A DNA stretch of 32,154 nt from NCBI RefSeq assembly GCF_006345805.1, contig NW_021829614.1, positions 1 through 32,154 of the forward strand, read 5' to 3'. This document shows, piece by piece, positions 21,521 to 32,154 of the stretch; the first letter of the stretch is position 1, and each line of letters opens with the position of its first letter. This DNA comes from Octopus sinensis (Eukaryota). The notes under the pieces were generated by a model, which saw nothing but the letters and a program-made list of their open reading frames with translations, ran no database searches and was not told the origin of the DNA. A program made the position numbers and the translations under genes.

Positions 21521-23064
21521 CTTCCGGGGAGATTTCGGGCAGATGTTTTCGTTTCACTAATCACCTAAACAACTGCCGCCAGGGATTGAAACCGGATTTG
21601 ATATTTATCTCCGCTTGACAAAACTGCCAACTTCCCTGACTTAACATTTTAGTGAGACTATTGCATCGTAACGACGATGACAACAACAACAGCAATAATA
21701 TCAGCAATTTGTTTAATGTATGAATTGTAGAATTGAGTAGCGTAAAGGTAATAATCCAACAGACCAAATCTGCGACACGGTTTCGTTTCCTGGTTAAGGT
21801 GATTTTATAATAACCAGTTTAGTAAAGTTAATTAATGGCTGTGCATGTCATCCTAACTGCATTAAAAAAAAAGAAAAGAAATATTTGAAAATTTAATTTT
21901 TATACTTAAATATAATGGCTGACCATGAGCACTGTATTGAACGATTTTGGTTTTGTTTGGGGATATTTTGAGCGAATCATAATTAGCTGGGGACATTGAG
22001 AAATGGTGTCCATTCCTCCTGAGACCCTAATCCACTAGTATCAAAATAAATTACTACTGGGAACTTGGTTTCGAATCTTAGCTGGAGCAATTTCAATTCC
22101 TTTGTGATACCAATGAAAATCGTAAAATCGTATTTTCCCATGCTACATTTTGCAAAATATGTGTGTGTGTGTGTGTGTATGCGTGTGTGTGTGCGTGTGT
22201 GTGTGTGTGTGTGCGTGGTGTGTGTGTGTGTGTGTGTGTGTACATTTGCTGGAATTTCTATGAATTAAGGGAGAGAATCGCTTGTAACTCTCCTTTTCTG
22301 ATGTTGAGAAATCATTATGAATGAGTAAAAAGAGCATGCCTATATTCTCTCGGGGCCGTGGACAGAAGCATTTAGTCCTCTTTTGGGGCTCTTCTGCACG
22401 ACATAGCACAATATTTTGAAATTAGTTAATCTAAATACATTTAAAATTCAAAACCGATCTGTTTCCTTTGTTCCTATTCTTGTAATAGAGAAAAGAGAGG
22501 AAGAAAAATAGAGATAGAGATAGAGGGAGAAAAACGCCATGCATGTTTTTGAAGTGTACATATTCATATACATACATACAAACATACACATACATACAAC
22601 ATGAATGATGAAAGACAAGCTGTTTTATATAATATCCAAGCATTACTAAAAATGATGACATAACTGGTTTTTACATCTGTTCCTTTTTTTTTTTTATTCT
22701 TCCTCGACTTGTTGCGTTCCTTATAACCAATTCTTGTTCTGCTGGACCTTTTTGCCCTCCCATGATTAGGACGTTTGATCCTGTCTCCTCTCATCACCAA
22801 CAAACTTCTACGGATTCTCAAGCTGGACTTTCTACACTTCGGCTGCACCCCTCCTGCCTAGAGATGACACTGGACTCCTCTGTGGATGGAAAAAGGCCAG
22901 GTTCGAGCTCTAATGCAGTTTCTCTTTTTCATGCTTCTCATGATGCTTTCTCAAAATGGGACGTACTACAAAATGTTTTGATAAATGCAGTTCTAAGATA
23001 ACCACAAAAAGAAACCCACCGGCATTCTTTCAAACACCTACAAAAGAAGCGCTTTATTTCCCGA

Positions 23065-23280
23065 TATTGGATTCAGATTTTGGTACAAGGCCAGCTATTG
23101 TGGGGGTGGGGTAAGTCGATAACATTGATCCCCAGTGTTCGATTAGTACTTATTTTATCGATGCCGAAATAATGGAAGGCTAAGTCGACCTCGGTGGAAT
23201 TTAAACTCAGAACGTGAAGACGGACGAAATGCCGCTGAGCATTTTCTCCGGTACCCGTAACGATTCCGCCAGCTCGCTGT
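23065..23280 (-). mobile_element. SINE family C
   Basis: The reverse complement reads GCGAGCTGGCGGAATCGTTA...GTTCTGAGTTTAAATTCCACCGAGGTCGAC...GATAAAATAAGTAC, matching the copies at 25880-26330. Confidence 0.85.
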
Positions 23281-24056
23281 CTTTTTCTTCTCAATAATAA
23301 CTTAGGTAATACAAATATAAAAATTAAATTGTTAAAATTTAATTCAAATCTAACCATAATTGAAAATCGATATTAACGTGGATTGATTTTAAAACTAACT
23401 GTTGGTTTGCATTAAGCATATATCAAATATAAATTTCATTTGGTTATATTTCACCTCAAATAATTTAAATAATAAATTGAAACATTCTTAGCAATAAAAT
23501 GAGAAGAAAACTCTTGTTTTTCGATCGATGTTATCAAAATAGAAGTTAAACTATAATCGAAGTGCAGAGCAGAACAGAAGTTTTTAGTTCAAGAATCTGA
23601 AAAGAAATGAATTAATGTCTTTTAAGTGGACACCAAATGTGACGAAAAGGGAAGAAAGAGTGGGAGGGAGTCAAAGTGTCTGTCATTTTAGTGTTTGTTG
23701 CAGTGATAAAAGGAAATAGCTTCAACGAAGACTAGAGACTGTGTCACTTCTTCGACACATCTGTAACTTTCTATTTTTTTGTCTTTTTACTGCGCGGCGT
23801 TCACTTCTCGTTTAAAACTAAATTGATAAGGTTAAAAGTTGAAATGAAAGGGTAAATAATCTTTTCAGTAGGAATTATATGAGATGATCTTCACAGCTTC
23901 ATACGTAGAGCTTTTCAACGTTAAAATTGTGATCAATTTATGAATGAATCAAGTCCTCAGTTGAATAGCATCTTGAAATGAATCTTATAAACTGGCTGCT
24001 AGATAATGGATGAGATTTGTCGAGAATAGGAAGACAAAGCTAAAGGGTATTCGTTA

Positions 24057-24155
<99 letters not shown>

Positions 24156-24734
24156 AGAGAGAGAGAGTATGGATGTATTCACGTAGTATGTAGTATGTCT
24201 ATATGTTTGTCAGTATGTAAGTATGCACATATGTATGAATGTGTATATGTCCGTTTGAGAAGGTAGGTGCCTATAAATGCGAATGGTGGTGGGAAGAATT
24301 GATGAAGATTTAAAACACATCGATCAGTTTCTTCAGTACTTACCGATTCCTCTGAATATTAACGCAAAGTATGAGGCATCTATCCAATTTAGTTTACGTC
24401 AAATCATGTATATTAGCCAACCAAAACTTGTCAACGGAGGACATTGGTGATGGTTGGGTGTGCACAGTAGTAGTAGTAGTAGTAGTTGTTGTCGTTGAAA
24501 AGGATGACATCGTCCATATAAGATAACACCATTAATAATAATCCACAGGAACTGGCAAATACTGTGGCCAGAGATTCAATTCTCTGCTGGATTTACTTCA
24601 CCTACATCATCACGTCTTATTCCGGAATGGATAAACATCACAACTTCTGGTAGTCCTCTCTCTCTCTCTCTCTGCCTCTTTCTTTCTCTCTCGGGCCGTG
24701 ATGGTGGCGACGGTGATGGTGTCGAAAATAACAC

Positions 24735-24850
24735 TTGGCGGTCTTTTGTTGCTTCTGTTTATGTTCTGAACCGAAATTCCATCAGTCTGCTTTGCCTTCC
24801 GGTCCTTCTGAGGTTGATAGAAATGAAATACCAGTCAAATAATGGGGGCG
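24735..24850 (+). mobile_element. Highly degenerate SINE family C fragment
   Basis: GTTCTGAACCGAAATTCC...CTTTGCCTTCCGGTCCTTCTGAGGTTGATA...TACCAGT loosely matches family C. Confidence 0.5.
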
Positions 24851-25139
24851 ATTCATGTGAGTGAAACTCGTCTCTCCCAAACACCCTCAAGCTGAGAATC
24901 CTGAACAAGTCTGTGATGTTTATGCTTTAAAAGTGTCAGGTTTTCCGCTTCTTCAACGATGGCCATCCTTCCTTCCAGTGATCAACAGTTGTACCTTCAG
25001 GTATTACCTTTGAAAGGCATCGTCATCGTCGTCGTCATTCGGGGTGCAGAAGCCATATTTCATCGTTGTGAAGGACGAGTCCTTTTAGTGAGACACATCT
25101 TGTGTGAAAGAGATGTTCGGGGTTGATCATGTTAAGGGA

Positions 25140-25368
25140 AAATCTTGTTTGGGGAAGGGCCTGTGTAGGATAGATCCTGCATAGGGTAGATTTTGTGTGG
25201 GGCAGACTTGAGTCGGGTAGATATCGTATGGGATAAATCTTGGGTGTGGTAGATTTTGACTCGAGTACATCTTGTTCGGAGCAGCTCTTGCGTGAGTAGA
25301 TCTTGTGGGTAGATTATGTGCGGACTAGATTTGTGTGGGGTAGAAATTGTATGGGGTAGATCTTGTGC
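25140..25368. repeat. Degenerate ~16-bp G-rich minisatellite, about 15 units
   Basis: Consensus GTAGATCTTGTGTGGG; units 13-16 nt long. Confidence 0.8.
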
Positions 25369-25879
25369 AGCAGTAGTAGTAGTAGTAGTAGTGGGTGTTG
25401 TTTTAATTGATAATAATTATGAAAAGAAAAATGTTACAAAAATAACATCTGAGAATGAGACAGGGTGAGAGAGAGAAGTAAGAGTGAGCAAGGGAGAGAG
25501 AGGGGGAGTAAACATTACGCGTTGCTCCAGTGTGGGCGTAGCTATATAACTTGTTGAAGCAAAGTAAGAGGCTCAACGATTTTAATAATTGCTAGAATTT
25601 TTAGAATCGACTTTTGGCATGAAAATAAACCAACAATCCAAGAATGACCGTCCATGATTACCAGAACAGATACTAATGAACTGAAGACATCTTTAATTGA
25701 TCCTAATAATTTCCGGTCACATTTCTGACAATTTCCAGTTGACGGAATGATTCCATTAGCTGGTTTTATCTCTATTGGTTTACATGAGGTAGAACTGGCA
25801 TACATCGGAGATAATAGCGAAAACGTTAATCCAGTGGTATTGAAGCGATAATACCCGAATTATACAAGAAAATAGGGGT

Positions 25880-26330
25880 TCCAAAATTTTTGCACAAGAC
25901 CAGCAATTTCGTGGCGTTGGAGGTAAGTCGATAACATCGACTCCAGTATTCCACAGGTACTTATTTTATCGACTCCGAAAAGACGAAAGGCCAACTTGAC
26001 CTTGACCAATTTGAACTCAGAACGTAAAGACGGGCGAAATACATATTTCTTTACTACCCACAAGGGGCTAAACACAGAGGGGACGAACAAGGACAGACAA
26101 ACGGATTAAGTCGATTATATCGACCCCAGTGCGTAACTGGTACTTAATTTATCGACCCCGAAAGGATGAAAGGCAAAGTCGACCTCGGCAGCGGAATTTG
26201 AACTCAGAACGTAACGACAGACGAAATACGGCTACGCATTTCGCCCGGCGTGCTAACGTTTCTGCCAGCTCGCCGGGAGAAATACTGCTAAGCATTTTGT
26301 CCAGCGTGCTAACGATACCGCCAGCTTGCT
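25880..26330 (-). mobile_element. Older SINE family C copy interrupted by a younger family C copy (26043-26273)
   Basis: The outer copy resumes after the insert. Flanking 12-bp direct repeats are CGGGCGAAATAC (26031-26042) and CGGGAGAAATAC (26274-26285). Confidence 0.85.
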
Positions 26331-27010
26331 ACCCTATGCACTCAGAAAAGTATTAGCTGAATCTGCACTCTGACCATTATAAACCAGTCTGCACTCATAT
26401 CATTATAGATCTGATCTCATAGAATGTAAGCACCTTGCCCTCTATTTACACGAGGAGGAGACAGAACTTGTAAGACAGGGTTATTCTCCATTCCAAAACG
26501 TTGTCTCTTCGATGTCTGAGAGATAAAAAAAAAAAAAACCTGTAAAAGAGATCATTGCCGCTGCAGTGGTTCGCCTCTATTTGTCGAAATCACCCACACA
26601 ATGGACAGATGCTGGACTCCGTAACGGGATTGTTATGAATTTCCAGATAAGCTGAGTGGAATTTCACGATCTGAAGACAAAATATAGAACTGAGGGATTA
26701 AATAAGGAAGGACGCAGTGGCCTTAAATCAAAAGTCAGTACTGTGAAGAGCAGAGCCGACGTCTCGATTTCAATCTCTGTATGCAACCATTTTATTTTGC
26801 ATCTGTTGCTTAAGTAAATAGTTAAACTATGTCTGTGACAGTTTCCCACCTATAAAATCTTACAACTTTCTGCTGATTTGGCAAATGAAAGACCATATTT
26901 GATGATTTCCTTAAACTTGGTTCTCAATTTCTGTTGCATCAGTCTGCCACAAAAACTGGCCCTAAGCTCTGCACTAACAATTCTTAAACTTTTCCATCTC
27001 TATCCTTCTC

Positions 27011-27067
<57 letters not shown>

Positions 27068-27251
27068 TCTCCCTTTCAATTTTCTGAAACTGCAAGGATG
27101 CAGGAAAAAAGATGTAGAAGACAATGTTTTTCAACACTGTATGTGTATAAACACACACACATACACACACACAATACACTCACACACACACACACACACA
27201 CACAACACACACACACACATACACACACACACACACACACACCACACACAC

Positions 27252-27293
<42 letters not shown>

Positions 27294-27295
<2 letters not shown>

Positions 27296-27519
27296 AGGTG
27301 GCTCAAAAGTAGGTTTCAAGTTATTCAACTATCCCTTTCGCATTCGCATATTAACAGTTTAGATCGTAATTATAAAAAAGATATGAAACCATCATTCTCT
27401 GCCAATTTAGTTAATTTTGTCAAGCTCCTTTTCAGTTGTAAGATAGAAATTTAAATGTAATAAAATGTTTTAAAAGAAATTTAAGTGCCTACGTGATAAC
27501 TGTAACCTACTTTTTCGCC

Positions 27520-27525
<6 letters not shown>
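27294..27525. mobile_element. Tc1/mariner-type MITE inserted in (TA)n
   Basis: Terminal inverted repeats CAAGGTGGCTCAAAAGTAGGTT match at 19 of 22 positions; TA on both sides. Confidence 0.8.
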
Positions 27526-27590
<65 letters not shown>

Positions 27591-27602
27591 TATATATATA
27601 AA

Positions 27603-28630
27603 TAAACTTAGACAAACTTAAACATATTTCGACCAAAGATTGGTCCAGGCCATGTCTAACTTAATAGCACCACCTGATAGAATTATCTAAATCCTTTTTA
27701 AGTTAAGTTTTGTGGTATCGCGATCCTTTCGAGTAGGGAGTTCTTGTTGAGTGAGTTGTATCCAAGTATGGGTGACTTATCTGGTATTCATTGAAGAAAT
27801 TTGTCCAGATTCCGTTTAAAGGTGATGGGATCCTTTTCCTCTTTGATTTATTTCGGGACAATGTTAAATAGGGCAGGGTCTGTTGAGGAAAAGAAATTGT
27901 GTTGCATTGTATTTATGTATTGTGATCCTAAATTGTGTAAGGGACGTATGGTCTGTGGTCCTAGCCTTGGATGGATTTTGAAGCTCATGTTGAGGTCGTT
28001 TGGGCAATGCTGGCGGTATATTCTCCACATCGTGCAAAAGATGTATCGTTCACGGCGGCGCTGGAGAGAGTAGATTTCCAATACTTTAAGGCGGTCCCAA
28101 TAATCGAGATCAGTCATGCCCTTAATTCGTACCCTCTGGGGTGATTCAATTTTCTAGATGTTTTGTTTTGTATGGGGACACCACAGGGGGTAGCAATATT
28201 CGAGGTGTGGCCGTACGAAAGAAGAGAAAAGAGGAATGATGACACCTTGTTCTCTGGACCGGAAGGTTCTTAGGATCCAGGAGCTAATCCTAAGAGCTAT
28301 ATCCACCTTATTGTTGATGTGGGCACTCCAGCTGAGATTGTTATCAACAATTACTGCTACGTCCCTGATATTGTTAGATGTTGTGAGTGGTTCTCCTGAA
28401 AGAAGAGAGTACGGCCGTTTTAGCAAAGTCTTTTTCCCAAAATGCATCAGATCAAATTTTCCTTCGTTTAGGTGCATTTTGTTTTTGTCTGCCCATTCAC
28501 TCACAGCATATAGATCACACTGGAGTTGTGTACAGTCTTCTTAGTCGATGATTTGCTGGAGCTTAGAGCTATCAGCAAAAATTTTCACTTTGCTGTGTTT
28601 TATGACGCTGGAAAGGTCGTTTATATAGAT
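27603..28630 (-). mobile_element. Second copy of LINE family A, 5'-truncated within RT, degraded
   Basis: IYINDL...IFADSSKL (FADD mutated), RPHLEYCYPLW, YSLQRRRERY, HPRLGP. The 3' UTR CAGGTGGTGCTATTAAGTTAGACATGGCCTGG matches 15463-15493. Confidence 0.93.
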
Positions 28631-28679
28631 TATATGTATATATAATACATGCAAACAAAATAATATGTATGTGCAGACG

Positions 28680-28738
28680 TATATCTATCGATCCATCCTT
28701 CTATCCATCTATCTATCGATCCCTCTATCTATCTATCT

Positions 28739-28808
<70 letters not shown>

Positions 28809-28840
28809 CATTCATCCATCCATCTATCTGTCTATCTACA
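28680..28840. repeat. (TATC)n/(CATC)n microsatellite (similar array at 20690-20810)
   Basis: Direct reading. Confidence 0.9.
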
Positions 28841-29454
28841 CACACACATGCATCAATAGATATAATGATATAATGCATATATATGACAGCGTATATACAC
28901 ACATATAAGTATATAAATACTTTGTGTTTAAAAATATGCGTGTGCGCGCGTGTGTACGTAATGTGTATATGTACAAATGTATGCATGTCTGTATATATGC
29001 ATGCGTTGCATGGATATATACAGGAATCATTTCGTTCGAGTAGCATTGATGAAAATTCGGCAGGCATTGATCATCATAATGGTTATGTGATTGATCAGCA
29101 GGATAAATCGTTAATCCATCAATAAAACGAACCAGTTCGACCTCGCTTGTAATTGTTCCGAACGTATATTCTCCCGGTCACATCAATGGCGGACAGCTAT
29201 TGGAGTTGACTTGGGAAGAGGTGGAGACAGGGTCGAATCGTGAACAAAGCAGCTGTTTCACGACAAGCGAATAACTTGTATAAAATATATACATGCATAA
29301 ACGCACGCGCGCGGGCACACACATGCGTATATATCTGCATATGTTTGTATATACGCGCATGAATGACTGCATGTATCTATGAATGTTATGTAGGGGGGAT
29401 TTTATATGAGTGCACATGTGTATGTCTGCATATACATAAGTATATGCATGTAGG

Positions 29455-29518
<64 letters not shown>

Positions 29519-29630
29519 TATATGCATACACACAGACATATAAATATATATATATATATATAAATGTATATATCGCATACATATATATTTATATATGCAT
29601 ACACACAGGCATATATATATATGTGTGTGT

Positions 29631-30005
29631 GTGGACTGTGTGGTAAGAAGCCTGCTTCCCAACCTAATGGTTCCGGGTTCAGTCCCACTACGTGGCACCT
29701 TAAGCAAGTGTCTTCTACTATATCCTTGGGCCGACCAAAGCCTTGTGAGTGAATTTGGTTGACGGAAACTGAAAGAAGCCCGTTGTATATATATAGTTGT
29801 GTCTGTATTTGTCCTTCCACCATCGCTTTGACAACAAATGTTGGTGTGTTTACGTTCCCGTAACCTAGCGGTTTGGCAATAGTGACCGATAGAAAAAGTA
29901 CTAGGCTTACAAATAATAAGTCCTGGGGGTCGATTTGCTCGACTAAAGGCTGTGCTCCAGCATGGCCGCAGTCAAATGACTGAAACAAGTAAAAGAGGAA
30001 AAGAA
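29631..30005 (+). mobile_element. Near full-length SINE family A
   Basis: Co-linear with 19929-20330, including the 3' GTGCTCCAGCATGGCCGCAGTCAAATGACTGAAACAAGTAAAAGAG. Confidence 0.92.
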
Positions 30006-30240
30006 TAATAATATATATACATAGATACATGCGTTTCTACGCATTCTGACTGAATCGTCCCTCTGTTAACGTGGGTCTCCTATCGACAATGTAAACTTTT
30101 ATTAAATCAAGCTATCCTTGGCCTGAAGAGTGCACCTCGCTTGGATATTTACCACTTCCGAGGTTCCATTCACTATGAAACCTATATGGCCCGGATTTAA
30201 TCTTCTCTGTTCCTCAACTCTTGGATGGATATATATATAT

Positions 30241-30539
30241 ATCAAAATAAGCAACAAGGATATCCAGAGGTAATGCTGTACGATCGTTTCATGCGACCCC
30301 ATTTAATTGAACAATGCAAATATTACATCAATTTAAAATGTAGAGCAATCTCCAGCTGCATAAAAATATAGAATTTAGTTAAATTCAAAGGATTCATTTG
30401 TATCCTTCGAATATTTTTATGCAGATGAAGATTGCTCTACATTTTAAATTGATGTAATGTTTACATTGTTCAATTAAATGGAGTCACATAAAACAATAAT
30501 ACTGCATTACTTCTGGATACCCTTGTTGCTTATTTTGAT
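30241..30539. mobile_element. Foldback/MITE-like element with 129-bp inverted arms
   Basis: Arms 30241-30369 and 30411-30539 align without gaps with 13 mismatches (about 90% identity); 41-nt spacer; TA-rich flanks. Confidence 0.85.
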
Positions 30540-30583
30540 TATAATCACCCACCCCATTTTGAATTATATGGATAATACCATAC

Positions 30584-30619
<36 letters not shown>

Positions 30620-31365
30620 ATATATATATATTGAAAAAAATAGACATACACTCTATACGATATCCTATGTACATCATATACAGATTGTGCGTGTGTATGT
30701 ACATGTGTGTGATTGGGTGTGTCTGAAGGGGGTTAGACTTGTAGCACTCACAGTCCGGCTGTGTGTTGTGTTCTTGAGCGAAACACTTTATTCCCAGTAG
30801 GTCTTAGTCCACTCAGCTGCAAAAGGGGTCACCCTGTGACGGAATACTCATCCGATCTCGGAAAATGTTGGCCTGTTTCGCTTTAACTAGAGGGGTGGCT
30901 GCATTCGAAAGTAAAAATGATGTAAAACGCACTGTGACCAGCTATGTATAACAACATCCGATAGTCTGGTCAATACCATGAATGCCGTGAGATATATATA
31001 TGTGTGTGTATGTGTGTGTTGCCATTGTACATGAGAAGAACATACATTCAAAGAACGTATCTGTATGGTGTGTATAGAGTGCAATCGTTGGTTGAGCTTC
31101 AGAAAGACGTTGTCGGTGCAAAGAAGAAAGTTCAAATGTTGTAATCTAAGCAGCAGCTGGAATTGGTGCTTGATGATTGGTTGCTAGTGTGGCAGCGGAA
31201 GGGTGGGCTGGGCAGGGGGTGGGTGGAGTGATGGTTGTGGTGGCGGTAGTGGTGGTCACGACGAAGACGGTATTGTGGATGAAGATGAAGACAGAGTTGA
31301 AGAGAAAAGGAAGAAAACAGGAAGAGAAAAGGAGGAAAAGAAAGTGGTGATGGTGGTGACAGTCA

Positions 31366-31948
31366 TGGAGAAGAAGAACGTAGTGATGGTAATGATGATG
31401 ATGATGATGATTAAGAAGAAGAAGAACGTGGTGATGGTAATGATGATGATGATGATGATTAAGAAGAACGTGGTAATAGTAATGATGATGATGATGATGA
31501 TGATGATTAAGAAGAAGAACGTGGTGATGGTAATGATGATGATGATGATTAAGAAGAACGTGGTGATAGTAATGATGATGATGATGATTAAGAAGAAGAA
31601 CGTGGTGATGGTAATGATGATGATTAAGAAGAAGAACGTGGTGATGGTAATGATGATGATGATGATTAAGAAGAAGAACGTGGTGATGGTAATGATGACG
31701 ATGATGATGATGATTAAGAAGAAGAACGTGGTGATGGTAATGATGACGATGATGATGATGATTAAGAAGAAGAACGTGGTGATGGTAATGATGACGACGA
31801 TGATGATGATTAAGAAGAACGTGGTGATGGTAATGATGATGATGATGATGATGATTAAGAAGAAGAACGTGGTGATGGTAATGATGACGACGATGATGAT
31901 GATTAAGAATAAGAACCTGGTGATGGTAATGATGATGATGACGATGAT
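31366..31948. repeat. Trinucleotide-built minisatellite, 13 units of (GAA)n-CGTGGTGATGGTAAT-(GAT)n-TAA
   Basis: Direct reading. All length variation is in multiples of 3 nt. Confidence 0.95.
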
Positions 31949-32154
31949 CCACCGCAACAACATGAACAATGTCATTCAAAAGCCAGTCGTACTCTGCCAC
32001 CGTCCACCACCTTTCCCACTCCGGGCAGCTGACCACATAAGCACGGCTGGTCATTACCTAGCAAATGGCAGCTACAATAGACGCTGCTTTAAACTGGCCA
32101 TAGCCGCCGCCTCCTCCTCCTCTCCTCCACCTCGCCGAATCGTATTAAACCGAA

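Noticed and set aside
24346-24381. 36-nt minus-strand micro-exon candidate ending at a GTAAGT donor
   Set aside because: The acceptor lacks a polypyrimidine tract and there is no supporting neighbour exon or recognisable peptide.
24495-24520. TTGAAAA followed by a 5-bp hairpin (GGATG/CGTCC)
   Set aside because: It is followed by ATAT rather than GAAA, with no stem III or stem I.
24552-24615. GKYCGQRFNSLLDLLHLHHH resembling a C2H2 zinc finger
   Set aside because: The first Cys is absent and His spacing does not fit Cx2Cx12Hx3H.
25140-25368. CRISPR-like or other spacer-containing array (also considered for 421-530 and 31366-31948)
   Set aside because: The units are contiguous tandem repeats without unique spacers, there are no cas-like genes, and the context is eukaryotic.

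Overview
AT-rich eukaryotic non-coding window, probably intronic or intergenic. It is dominated by microsatellites and by transposon and retroposon debris. The SINE families and extreme microsatellite load match what I recall of Octopus genomes; this is inference, not a database result. No host gene can be called with confidence. Supported contents: (1) three CR1-group LINE copies in two families, plus two isolated 3' tail fragments; (2) a 5'-truncated Penelope-like (Neptune-type) retroelement with RT C-terminus, Cys linker and GIY-YIG endonuclease; (3) several tRNA-derived SINEs of at least three families, one nested in another; (4) three decayed Tc1/mariner-superfamily fragments (DD37D maT-type, a DUF4817-like N-terminus, and a mariner piece); (5) several MITE-like hairpins; (6) a trinucleotide-based minisatellite at the right end. 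The most striking signal is a set of six minimal type I hammerhead-ribozyme folds. Four carry a UUGAAAA core, i.e. a compensatory U3-A8 pair in place of the canonical C3-G8 pair. The best of these sits directly 3' of the Penelope endonuclease ORF. A second notable signal is a 3' motif and covarying stem-loop shared by one SINE family and one LINE family, suggesting a SINE-LINE mobilisation partnership. All alignments and folds were done by eye.
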